64,000 nt of DNA from Microcoleus sp. (GTDB taxonomy: Bacteria; Cyanobacteriota; Cyanobacteriia; Cyanobacteriales; Microcoleaceae). A program made the position numbers and the translations under genes. The stretch covers positions 416,001-480,000 of the forward strand of contig JAYFMW010000017.1 in NCBI GenBank assembly GCA_042408215.1, written 5' to 3'. Below are positions 50,760 through 60,678 of the stretch, piece by piece. The stretch's first letter is position 1. Every line of letters begins with the position of its first letter. Below the pieces are notes generated by a model. That model saw nothing but the letters and a program-made list of their open reading frames with translations. It was not told where the DNA came from and ran no database searches.

Positions 50760-50792
50760 ATTAGACCTCAATCTTTTTGCTAATTTGGGCAG

Positions 50793-51305
50793 TTAAGCAG
50801 TGATGACGTTGCGGAAAATTGTATTGAAAACGTCTATCAGCAGTTGAAAAAATGCTTTGGCAATCTCAATAATGTTTTGAGCAATTCCAATAATTCCATC
50901 ATCAGACACCTCTTTGCCTTGGGCGCGTTGATCGAGTCGGTGGCCGGCTATTGCACCAATTGGGATACCCAGCGCTGTTGCCAAAGGTGCTAATAACGGG
51001 CCGACAAATGGTATCGAATTTGCCAAAATTCCTACAGCGGCGCCAACAGCAGCCCCTATCGCTAAATTGGAATGCGCTTTGACAAATTCTATGATTTTAA
51101 TCAGGAGAATTTTACCGATGAATAAAACTTTGTTACCAGCTTTTTTCGTGTATGTGGCGAGTTCATGCAGCCGGATCGAGACTTCATGCGGCAAGCCGAT
51201 ATCATTTAACCACACATACAAGTCGCTGCTACTCATTGCATCAGCATCGACTTGCCAGAGAGCCATTTTTAAATTAGCTTGAGGTAGGGATAATGGACTA
51301 GACAT
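50793..51305 (-). CDS. hypothetical membrane protein with glycine-zipper helices
   Basis: GAAVGAAVG...IPFVGPLLAP...GIPIGAIAGHRLD. Confidence 0.72.
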   Translation of the reverse strand: MSSPLSLPQANLKMALWQVDADAMSSSDLYVWLNDIGLPHEVSIRLHELATYTKKAGNKVLFIGKILLIKIIEFVKAHSNLAIGAAVGAAVGILANSIPFVGPLLAPLATALGIPIGAIAGHRLDQRAQGKEVSDDGIIGIAQNIIEIAKAFFQLLIDVFNTIFRNVITA

Positions 51306-51724
51306 GGTTTTTTATCTTCTTGTAAATTACAAAATTTTTACGAACATTTTACGAGGCGAAAAGCCCCTAAACATCGCTCACTGATGCGGCCACATTTTGA
51401 GCAACTTCTTTAACCGCTGGAGTAGCGGATGTAGCCACATTTTGAGCAACTTTTTGAACCGTTAGGGATGCACCCTGATATCTGACATAGTTGCGCCAGT
51501 CAGATTTACATGGTTAAAATCTTTTAGGTTGCCTAAGATTGTTTTAAAGCCCCTGCTTGAATTTTAAGTTAATTTTTCTGTAGTGTAAAGTAGGAGAATG
51601 TCACAATTTGCCAGTAGTTGATAAAATTAGCTAGCCGTTCAAGGTCACATTTTGCCATCCTTAGTCAGAAAAAGTCAGAAAAAGTCTGATACAATAGATA
51701 AAACCTCCTACATTTACCCAATAA

Positions 51725-53304
51725 ATGGATGTTCAAGAACTCTTAAGGTTAGCCAATGGCTTGGTGTTCGCTAAGACCGGCAAACGATTGGACGATCTGC
51801 AACAGGCAGTAGTACGGGGAACGTGGCAAGGTAAAAGATACTCCGAAATTTCTAAAGAGGTTCATTGTACTGAACGCCATGTCAGAAATATTGCCTCAAA
51901 GTTATGGCAAACTCTTTCAGAAATATTAGATGAAGATGTAATGAAATCAAATTTGCGCTCCACAATGGAGAGGTATCAAGTTTCTCACAATTCTAATTTC
52001 CTCAATTATAATTTTTTAGAACAGGGTAACATCAACTTCTGCACAGAAACGCCACACCCTCCAACAACTCCCCAAAACTCACCCCCAACACAAACCTCAA
52101 CTGAAGACGACACCCAACAGAAACCGCGAGTTGATTTAAGAGATGCACCCGATCGCAAAACCTTCTACAACTCCACATCCTCACCCCTCACCACCCTCGA
52201 AAATGCGATCGCACACCAAAACTGCCGCCTCCTCACCATCACAGGCATGACAGGCACCGGTAAAAGCGCGATCGCCCGTAACCTCATCCCCCAAATTCAA
52301 ACTCAGTTCGATCGCATCATCTGGCGCAGTCTCCGCACCTCCCCACCCCTAGAAACAACCCTCAAAAACCTCATTCAATTTCTCTCAAATCAAAACCCCC
52401 CCAACCCCCCCTTACCAAGGGGGGGCGAAGAGCGACAAACCCCCCCCTTACCAAGGGGGGGCGAAGAGCGACAAACCCCCCCCTTACCAAGGGGGGGCGA
52501 AGAGCGACAAACCCCCTCCTTACCAAGGGGGGGCGAAGAGCGACAAACCCCCCCCTTACCAAGGGGGGGCGAAGGGGGGGTTTTCCCCGCCAACACCGAC
52601 GATCAATTATCAATCCTAATAGAAACATTGCGCGAAAATCGCTGTCTCATCATCCTCGATGACGTCCAGCAAATTCTCAGCAGCGGGCAACTTTCCGGCA
52701 ATTATAAACCCGGATATGAAAACTACGGAACCCTATTTAAACTCATCGGCGAAATTCCCCATAATAGCTGCTTAATCCTCAATAGTTGGGAACCTCCCTC
52801 AGACATCCTCACATTCACCGACGATAATTCAGCAGTATGTTTATTACAATTAACCGGTTTAGGTGAAGCCGCCACAGAAATTCTGATAGAAAAAGGTTTA
52901 TTGGATGAAGAACAATGGCCAGAATTGATTGAGCTTTATCAAGGTAATCCCCTCTGGTTAAAATTAGTCGCTCAAACTATTAACAACTTATTTAACGGTA
53001 GAGTATCTCAATATTTAAGTTATCAACCAGTGTTTTTAAGCGACGAATTGACACCGATATTGCAGCAGCACTATCAGCGGTTGTCGGAAATAGAAAAACA
53101 GGCGATTTCGCAACTTAGTAATGAAATCGAACCTGTTTCGTTGACCCAATTATGGCAAAATGTCAAGGCTCGCAGGGCGAATTATTTAAAGCAATTCAAT
53201 CTTTAGACAGACGGGGAATGATCGAAAAATTGAGCTGTGAAACTGAAACGGTTTTCACAATTCCACCTGTGTTAAAACAGTATGTTAAGATGGTTTTAGA
53301 ATAG
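51725..53304 (+). pseudogene. N-terminal HTH + NB-ARC/STAND ATPase without sensor repeats; frameshift near 53151
   Basis: GTWQGKRYSEI HTH-like region; GMTGTGKS, IIWRSL, LIILDD, GNPLWLK; conserved-looking tail AIQSLDRRGMIEK...FTIPPVLKQYV continues in another frame to TAG 53304. Confidence 0.8.
52393..52584 (+). repeat. in-frame 39-bp tandem hairpin repeat (PPLPRGGEERQT) inside the NB-ARC gene
   Basis: Four full units plus a partial one. Confidence 0.95.
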
Positions 53305-53319
53305 CTGCCATCTTGATTA

Positions 53320-54135
53320 TTCGGCGGTTGAAACCGCTACTACACAAACGAAGTCCGCCTTCGCGGACTAAGAAATAAGAGGGATATTTCACCATAACTG
53401 GGTATTAAATATCTAGCTAAATGAGAGCCAACCACGATCGCAACTCCTACCAAACATAAACAAATGCTTACCTTCGATCGATTCATCAAGCAACTTCCCG
53501 ATGAAGACGGACGCTATGAACTTGTTAATGGAGAAATTGTCAAAATCTTGCCAACAATCAGACTGCACGAAAACGTAGCTGATTTTATTCAGAATACGTT
53601 TCATGACGAAGTAAAACGACTCAACCTGAATTACAGAATATCTGGTAGAATTGTAGTCAGGACTTTAACTCAGAATAGTAAAGAACAAGGTCGCCAGCCC
53701 GATGTTACTGTAATAGATCAAACGATTTGGGAATCCAAACCCTTCGACTATTCAGCACTAACTGAACCGCTGCAATTAGTTGTAGAAGTTGTCTCGATAA
53801 ATTGGGAAGATGATTATATCGACAAGCTGGATGAATATCAGCGGCTGGGAATTTCTGAATATTGGATTGTCGATTATTTAGCTTTGGGTAGCAGAAACTA
53901 TTTGGGGAATCCGAAAGAACCGACTGTTTTTGTTTACCTGCTTGATGAAAATGGGGTTTATCAAATGACTGCTTACCGAGGAAATGATCGAATTCTATCC
54001 CGAACTTTCCCAGAATTAGCATTGACAGCAGAGCAAGTGTTGGATGTATGATATCAAATCCAGCTTAAATATCGTTTTATCTCTTAGTCTGCGAAGGCAG
54101 ACTTCGTTTGTGTAGACGCGGTTTCAACCGCCGAA
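53320..54135. repeat. inverted pair of REP-like elements bracketing a Uma2 gene
   Basis: 53322-53373 and 54082-54133 are near reverse complements. Confidence 0.85.
53464..54051 (+). CDS. Uma2 family endonuclease-like protein
   Basis: RYELVNGEI, PDV, LVVEVVS.NWEDDY.DK..EY..LGI.EYWIVD. Confidence 0.92.
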   Translation: MLTFDRFIKQLPDEDGRYELVNGEIVKILPTIRLHENVADFIQNTFHDEVKRLNLNYRISGRIVVRTLTQNSKEQGRQPDVTVIDQTIWESKPFDYSALTEPLQLVVEVVSINWEDDYIDKLDEYQRLGISEYWIVDYLALGSRNYLGNPKEPTVFVYLLDENGVYQMTAYRGNDRILSRTFPELALTAEQVLDV

Positions 54136-54141
54136 ATTTTC

Positions 54142-54381
54142 TCAAGATTTTTTTGGGCTAACAAGCGCGATCGAACAACCGCTGAGATCGGGTTGAATGC
54201 CTAACAAACGCTGACGGACGGACTCTGCTAACTGCTCCCGATAATTGAGATAAGCTTCTACTGTTTCTTGGTGTCGGAGATAATAGCCGATCGCACTATA
54301 GACATCGGACAATGACACTGTTGAATAACGCTGCACAATTGATTCCGGCGACGCACCATCCTGAAAAGCTCGAATCACCAA
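54142..54381 (-). pseudogene. 5'-truncated DUF433 protein
   Basis: VIRAFQDGASPESIVQRY..VSLSDVYSAIGYYL lacks the N-terminal half of DUF433; probable 1-bp indel near the end (RSRLLAQ in another frame). Confidence 0.7.
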
Positions 54382-54400
54382 AAAGCGATTTTCGATGGGG

Positions 54401-54460
54401 GAGGGCGGGTTTATTTGACCTGTCTGTAACCTTTAAGGCTACTCGCGAACCCGCCCCTAC
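54401..54460 (+). repeat. GGGCGGGTTTA(T/C)...AACCCGCCCCTAC REP-like hairpin
   Basis: Same family as 55670-55738 and the copy split at 41078-42483. Confidence 0.85.
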
Positions 54461-54540
54461 AGCTAATTGAGAATGGTGCAACATTTCAGTTACATCCGTT
54501 ACATCCGTTACAAAATCCGTTGCCGAACTTCCCCCTTCCC

Positions 54541-55569
54541 TCAAACTACGATCGCATCGCCTGCCTTTTGCTCAGCCTTCAAATCCCGATTGCTAGCAGC
54601 AGCCAACTCCGCATCCAACAAAGTCTTACCAGTCGCAGCCAAATACACATCATCCAAACTCGGACGAGATTGAGCAATCCCAAAAATAGGAAGTCCCGCA
54701 TTTTTCAACGCTTGCTGAATCGCGATCAATGCGTCGCTTTGTGCACCCACCACCAAATTCAAAGAATTTCCTTGAGCACTGTTGATAATCACTTCTTGCA
54801 CAAAAGGCAGAGATTGCATTAAAGCTTTTGCTGTTTCCGCTTCTGCGATCGGCGAAAACTCCCGAATCCGCAGAGTCACCCGATCGCCCCCAACCCGATT
54901 TTTCAACTCCAGAGGCGTCCCCTCAGCAATCACCGTACCCTTGTCAATAATCGCCACGCGATCGGCCAAAGCATCCACCTCTTCGAGATAATGACTCGTA
55001 ATCAAAACCGTAGTCCCCTCCTCCCGCAAGCGACGCAGGAAATCCCAAACCACCACCCGACTTTCAATGTCGAGCCCGACAGTAGGCTCGTCCAAAACCA
55101 AAACATCCGGCTGGTGTAGCAATCCAGCCGCCAAATCCAAGCGCTTGCGAATACCCCCGGAATAGGTGCCCGTCTGTTTATTTTCCCACTCCTCCAAACC
55201 GAGGAGTTTGACCATTTTGTCAATTTGCCCTTTAATGGTATGGCGGGGCAAATGGTAAAGCGCCGCTTGCAATTGCAGGAGTTCCCGGCCCGTCAACACC
55301 TTATCGAGAGCAACTTCTTGGGCGACGTAGCCCAGTCTCTGTCTAGCAATTCTCGGCTGACTGACAGCAGAAATGCCAGACACTTCAATTCGTCCGCTGT
55401 CTGGCGATGTCAAAGTACAAAGTACCCGCAGGGTTGTGGTTTTACCAGCACCGTTGGGGCCTAGCAAACCAAATATCTCCCCCGGTTCTACCTTGAAGGA
55501 AACATCTTTAACGGCTTCTACATTGCCGTAGCGTTTCTGAAGATTTTCAACTAAAACGGCGGGAGCCAT
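54541..55569 (-). CDS. DrrA-type ABC transporter ATP-binding protein
   Basis: GPNGAGKT, YSGG, LDEPTVGLD, TSHY, PSLDDVY. Confidence 0.93.
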   Translation of the reverse strand: MAPAVLVENLQKRYGNVEAVKDVSFKVEPGEIFGLLGPNGAGKTTTLRVLCTLTSPDSGRIEVSGISAVSQPRIARQRLGYVAQEVALDKVLTGRELLQLQAALYHLPRHTIKGQIDKMVKLLGLEEWENKQTGTYSGGIRKRLDLAAGLLHQPDVLVLDEPTVGLDIESRVVVWDFLRRLREEGTTVLITSHYLEEVDALADRVAIIDKGTVIAEGTPLELKNRVGGDRVTLRIREFSPIAEAETAKALMQSLPFVQEVIINSAQGNSLNLVVGAQSDALIAIQQALKNAGLPIFGIAQSRPSLDDVYLAATGKTLLDAELAAASNRDLKAEQKAGDAIVV

Positions 55570-55669
55570 ATTATTATAGGATGAACAGGTTGTTAATATT
55601 TTGACACTTCCCGGCTCAAATTGCCGAAAAGTTTTGTTGGCGAATGGGAATGGCTTCTCAATTTAACTT

Positions 55670-55738
55670 GTAGGGGCGGGTTTTACCAACCATCAGTGCC
55701 TAAAACCAATAATCTCATAAACCCGCCCTCACCCAACC
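55670..55738 (-). repeat. uninterrupted GGGCGGGTTTAT-GAGATTAT...AACCCGCCCCTAC hairpin
   Basis: Minus strand ggttgggtgagggcgggtttatgagattattggttttaggcactgatggttggtaaaacccgcccctac. Confidence 0.88.
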
Positions 55739-56090
55739 CTAAAATTTGGGGGCTTGTCGATCGGATACCACGTTGTTTTTTATTGATCCACAACCTAATT
55801 TTTGGCAAAAATAATGAGTTTTGAGTTAACTATAACTTCTGGGTTAGCAACTCAAAACTGATCGTTTTTCAAGTAGAGATACACCTGAAACCTGTTATTT
55901 ATAATTATCTCTACCTTAAGGCTGATGTCGATCGCGATTTTAATAATCAACCACCGCTCTAAAATACATCTAATCTCAAACACATCAAACTATCTAACGC
56001 ACAATTTAACCCACAAAAATGCCACATATCAAAATTTTACCGGGCAATTTCTACTTCTAACTCGCCTGTAGGGAGTTGAGGGTGGTACCT

Positions 56091-56279
56091 TTAATCAACA
56101 ATTTTTACCCAGCCACGCCGGACGTTGTACAGGAGTCTGTTGATGATGGCGTACTCATCTTCATTCAGCGTTCTTTCTAAGAGTGCAGATCTAAGCTGCC
56201 TCCGATCGTGGCGAGTAACCACGCTGGAGAACATGACCTGACCAAATAACTCTTCGAGTGTCATTTGGGATACTGACAT
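56091..56279 (-). CDS. small conserved cyanobacterial protein
   Basis: GGAGG RBS; LEELF...T..DR..L..ALL...L.E.E...INRLL..VRRG. Confidence 0.75.
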   Translation of the reverse strand: MSVSQMTLEELFGQVMFSSVVTRHDRRQLRSALLERTLNEDEYAIINRLLYNVRRGWVKIVD

Positions 56280-56604
56280 GATATTTGACCTCCTAATTCC
56301 TTGAGACAGACAACACTTTTACATAGTCACCATCATTCTATTATGGTCTGTTCCATCAGGTCTAAAGGCGATCGAAAACATTGACAAGCTGTGATTTTTG
56401 CGCTAATAATTTGTGACCCATAGCTTGACGCCAAGTGACTTGGATCTTGTGATTTGGTGATCCTGGTCACTTTTTTGCAGGAAGAGGGAAGAAGGAAGAG
56501 GGGAGAGGGCTATGATGGCGATCGCACATCTCAGGAAAGCCCCAACCAGCCTCAAAAGCTCTCTCTCCCGTCTTAACCCATTTTTCACACTGCCAATTTT
56601 CCTG

Positions 56605-57528
56605 CTAATTGAGACATCGATCGATCGTCGCCACTACCGACTCGGCCAAATCTTTCAGCGCGTAACCCCCCTCCAAACCAAAGACAATGCGACGAGTGAT
56701 TTGCAGGCAATATCCCGTGAAAGTACCGTAATCTGAGGGTGCCAGGTTTATACTCGCCAGGGGATCGGCAGCATTAGCGTCGTAGCCGGCGCTGACAATC
56801 AACAAATCCGGCTCAAACTTGGACAAAAACGGCATAACTTGAGATTCAAAGGCGCTCAGGTATTCCGCAATGCCGCTGCCGGGATATAACGGAATGTTCA
56901 GCACATTGTCGTAAGCCCCGTGCTCGTCAGCATCTCCCGTTCCTGGATAGCAGGGAGATTGGTGCAGGGAACAGTAGGCAATTTGTCGGCTGTTTTCCAC
57001 CAAAGATTGAGTGCCGTTACCGTGGTGCACGTCCCAGTCGAGGATGGCGACACGTTTAATTCCCTGGTGTTCGAGGGCGTAATGAGCTGCGATCGCAGCA
57101 TTGGAAAACACACAAAATCCCATCGCCCGATCGCTCTCAGCATGGTGTCCAGGCGGCCTCGCCAGTACAAAAGCCGGCTCACCATTCGCCAAAACTCGAT
57201 CGACCCCATCCAGCCAAGCACTCGCAGCCAGCAGCGCTACATCGTAACTTTCCGCAGAAATCGGCGTGTCACCGTCGAGGTAGCCACCTCCCCCCTTTGC
57301 CAAATGTTCGACTTCCTTGATGTATCTCTGGGCGTGAACTTTTTTGATAGCACAGAACAGTTCCCGATCGCGGCGGGCTACTGGCGTGGGCAGTTGCCAC
57401 TCAATTTGAGCCGCCCAGGGAGCAGCTTTCAGAGCATTGGCGATCGCACTTAAACGTTCTGGTCGCTCTGGGTGAAGCATTCCAGTCTTGTGCAGTAAGA
57501 AATCGTCGGAATAGATGACGGGTAACAT
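56605..57528 (-). CDS. histone deacetylase family protein
   Basis: HPERPER, RPPGHHA, GFC, DWDVHHGNGT, SAGYD, LEGGY. Confidence 0.93.
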   Translation of the reverse strand: MLPVIYSDDFLLHKTGMLHPERPERLSAIANALKAAPWAAQIEWQLPTPVARRDRELFCAIKKVHAQRYIKEVEHLAKGGGGYLDGDTPISAESYDVALLAASAWLDGVDRVLANGEPAFVLARPPGHHAESDRAMGFCVFSNAAIAAHYALEHQGIKRVAILDWDVHHGNGTQSLVENSRQIAYCSLHQSPCYPGTGDADEHGAYDNVLNIPLYPGSGIAEYLSAFESQVMPFLSKFEPDLLIVSAGYDANAADPLASINLAPSDYGTFTGYCLQITRRIVFGLEGGYALKDLAESVVATIDRCLN

Positions 57529-57807
57529 CAGCAGATTTTAGATTTTATATTTTAGATTTTAGATGGTCAATCGATTTTCGATTTTCGATTTTGGATTTTC
57601 GATTGAATAATTAGAGAATTCAAGCACTCATTTTATTTTTTATTTTCTCGCAAGAATTCCTGAGCAATGCCTTCTGCTCTCTGCCTAAAACCAACTTTCT
57701 AGCTTTGGTCAACCGAGCGCAAAATCACCACAGGCTAAATCATCAATTGTCCTTGTTTTGTCACTTAATTTTTCTGGCTACTTTCCCATACTCTCCAAGG
57801 CAAAATG

Positions 57808-57816
57808 TGATATAAT
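57808..57816 (+). promoter_or_regulatory. extended -10 element upstream of gyrA
   Basis: TG-A-TATAAT about 110 bp before the ATG. Confidence 0.5.
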
Positions 57817-57926
57817 TCAAGAGTAATTTGCAATATTTGGCAACTCTACTGAATCCAAACCGATTTTATCGTATTTTTGGGATTTATAGCGGTCAAATTA
57901 AAAGTTTTAACGGAGTTTTTTCACCT

Positions 57927-60650
57927 ATGAGCACCCCTGAGTCGCGGATAATCCCGACGGATCTGGGTAATGAGATGTCCCGATCGTACTTGGAATACGC
58001 CATGAGCGTAATTGTTGGTCGGGCACTACCAGATGCTAGGGACGGTCTCAAGCCCGTTCACCGACGCATTCTCTACGCCATGAACGAATTGGGCTTGACA
58101 CCCGATCGACCCTTCCGCAAGTGCGCCCGCGTCGTGGGGGAGGTGCTGGGCAAGTATCACCCCCACGGAGACACCGCAGTTTACGACGCCTTGGTGCGGA
58201 TGGCTCAAGATTTCTCCATGCGGGAACGCCTGATCAACGGTCACGGTAATTTCGGCTCGGTAGACAACGACCCCGCCGCAGCCATGCGGTACACCGAGTG
58301 TCGCCTCACCGCCCTGACTAGCGACTCGATGCTACGCGACATCGACTGCGAAACAGTTAATTTCGGCGACAACTTCGACGGTTCCCAGCAAGAACCCCTG
58401 GTACTCCCAGCTCGCATCCCCCAAATTTTGCTCAACGGTTCATCGGGAATCGCTGTCGGAATGGCCACCAACATTCCGCCACACAATTTAGGGGAAATAA
58501 TTGACGGTTTCGTAGCCCTGATTCACAATCCAGAAATTACCGACCTGGAATTGATGCAATACATCCCCGGCCCGGACTTTCCCACCGGAGGGCAAATTTT
58601 AGGGAAAGCCACGATTCGGGAAGCCTACACCACCGGTCGCGGCTCAATTACAATGCGGGGCGTCGCCAGCATTGAAACCATCGAACACGTCGGCCGCCCA
58701 GACAAAGAAGCAATTATTATCACCGAATTGCCTTACCAAACAAACAAGGCGGCCCTAATTGAGAAAATTGCCGAACTGGTAAACGACAAAAGATTAGAGG
58801 GAATTTCCGACATTCGCGACGAAAGCGACAGAGACGGAATGCGAATTGTCATCGAGCTCAAACGTGATGCCTATCCCCGCGTAGTTCTGAACAACCTCTA
58901 CAAACAAACACCACTCCAATCCAATTTTGGAGCCAATATGTTAGCGCTAGTAAATGGGGAACCCCAACTACTTTCGCTCTCGCAATTTCTGAATGTTTTC
59001 CTAGACTTTCGGATTGAGACAATTACTCGTCGGACTCAATACGAACTCCGCAAAGCAGAAGAACGGGACCATCTCCTGCAAGGCTTATTAATTGCACTCG
59101 ACAACCTAGATGGAATTATTCAGCTAATTCGTCGCGCTCCTGACTCCGCAGCAGCCAAACAAGAATTGATCGATAACTACGGTCTTTCTGAGCAGCAATC
59201 CGACGCAATTTTGCAAATGCAACTCAGGCGTTTAACAGCCTTGGAAGCGCAAAAAATTCAACAAGAACACGAGGAATTACGAGCTAAAATTTCCGACTTG
59301 GAAGATATTCTAGCGCGCCGGGAACGCATTCTAGAAATCGCCGAATTTGAAGCAGTCGAAATCAAAAACAAAATCGCCACTCCGCGACGTACAGTCATCG
59401 AACACGCCGAAGGAGAAATCGACGAAAGAGATTTGATTGCTAACGAACAAGCAATCATTCTGATCACAGAACAAGGCTACATCAAGCGGATGCCAGTCAG
59501 CACTTTCGAGGCCCAAAGTCGCGCAACTCGCGGCAAAGCAGGCACGAAAATGAAAGAAGACGACGGAGTAGAACATTTCCTTTCCTGTTGCGATCATGAC
59601 AGCGTTTTGTTCTTCAGTGACCGAGGCGTAGTTTACTCGGTCAAAGCTTATCAAATTCCGGTTAGTTCCCGGACAGCGCGCGGAATGCCTGTGCTGCAAC
59701 TGCTGCCGATTCCAATGGAAGAAAAAATCACTTCTATGGTGTCTGTAACAGAATTCAGCAGCGAAGAATACTTGGTAATGCTAACTCGCAACGGCTACAT
59801 CAAGAAAACAGCGCTTGCAGCTTTTTCCCATATCCGAACTAACGGTTTAATCGCTATTTCTCTAGAAGAAGGCGACCAACTGCGGTGGGTGCGGAGAGCA
59901 AAAGTTGGCGACAGCATTATCATCGGAACGCGCCAAGGGATGGCAATTCATTTCCGCACCAATCACGAACAGTTGCGCCCCACTGGGCGGGCAACCAGGG
60001 GTGTGAAATCAATGAAATTGCGATCGGGCGATGAATTGATTAGCATGGACATTTTGCCAAGTTCAATTGTGGCCGAAATTGCCGAATTGGCAACGGAAGA
60101 ATCAGAATTTGAGGCGGCAGATATTCCGCAATTAGAAACGGGCGACACGGAAATTGAGGCCGCAGATATTGCTGAATTGGAAACGGGTGACTCGGAAATT
60201 GAAGAGGAAGAATTAGAACTGGAAACTGAGGAAATTGAAGGCAGCGAAAGCGACGATGCCGAAGAAATTACTACTGTTAGCAGCGAAGTGCCTTCGGTTT
60301 TGGTAATCACAACCAACGGCTACGGGAAGCGCGTTCCAGTTTCTCAATTCCGCCTCCAAAGACGAGCTGGGAAGGGCTTGACTGCTACTAAATTCAAGTC
60401 TAAAAAGGCTCAAGATCATGTAGCGGCGCTGCGTATTGTTAACGACAGCGACGAGTTGATGATCGTTACCAACCGAGGTATTATTATCCGTCAGGCTGTC
60501 AGTGCAATTTCCACGCAATCCCGAACAGCAACGGGGGTGCGGGTGCAGCGGTTGGATGAGGATGATTCGATCGTGGCGGTGGCTTTAGTGCCGCCTGCGG
60601 GTGAAGAGTCGATCGAAGATTCGGAATCAGAGGAAGCGTCAGAGGATTAA
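57927..60650 (+). CDS. gyrA: DNA gyrase subunit A
   Basis: [25 protein letters not shown], GyrA-box-like QSRATRG; ATG 57927 preferred. Confidence 0.95.
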   Translation: MSTPESRIIPTDLGNEMSRSYLEYAMSVIVGRALPDARDGLKPVHRRILYAMNELGLTPDRPFRKCARVVGEVLGKYHPHGDTAVYDALVRMAQDFSMRERLINGHGNFGSVDNDPAAAMRYTECRLTALTSDSMLRDIDCETVNFGDNFDGSQQEPLVLPARIPQILLNGSSGIAVGMATNIPPHNLGEIIDGFVALIHNPEITDLELMQYIPGPDFPTGGQILGKATIREAYTTGRGSITMRGVASIETIEHVGRPDKEAIIITELPYQTNKAALIEKIAELVNDKRLEGISDIRDESDRDGMRIVIELKRDAYPRVVLNNLYKQTPLQSNFGANMLALVNGEPQLLSLSQFLNVFLDFRIETITRRTQYELRKAEERDHLLQGLLIALDNLDGIIQLIRRAPDSAAAKQELIDNYGLSEQQSDAILQMQLRRLTALEAQKIQQEHEELRAKISDLEDILARRERILEIAEFEAVEIKNKIATPRRTVIEHAEGEIDERDLIANEQAIILITEQGYIKRMPVSTFEAQSRATRGKAGTKMKEDDGVEHFLSCCDHDSVLFFSDRGVVYSVKAYQIPVSSRTARGMPVLQLLPIPMEEKITSMVSVTEFSSEEYLVMLTRNGYIKKTALAAFSHIRTNGLIAISLEEGDQLRWVRRAKVGDSIIIGTRQGMAIHFRTNHEQLRPTGRATRGVKSMKLRSGDELISMDILPSSIVAEIAELATEESEFEAADIPQLETGDTEIEAADIAELETGDSEIEEEELELETEEIEGSESDDAEEITTVSSEVPSVLVITTNGYGKRVPVSQFRLQRRAGKGLTATKFKSKKAQDHVAALRIVNDSDELMIVTNRGIIIRQAVSAISTQSRTATGVRVQRLDEDDSIVAVALVPPAGEESIEDSESEEASED

Positions 60651-60678
60651 TAGGTTCTCATGGGTAAGGTGGCCACTG

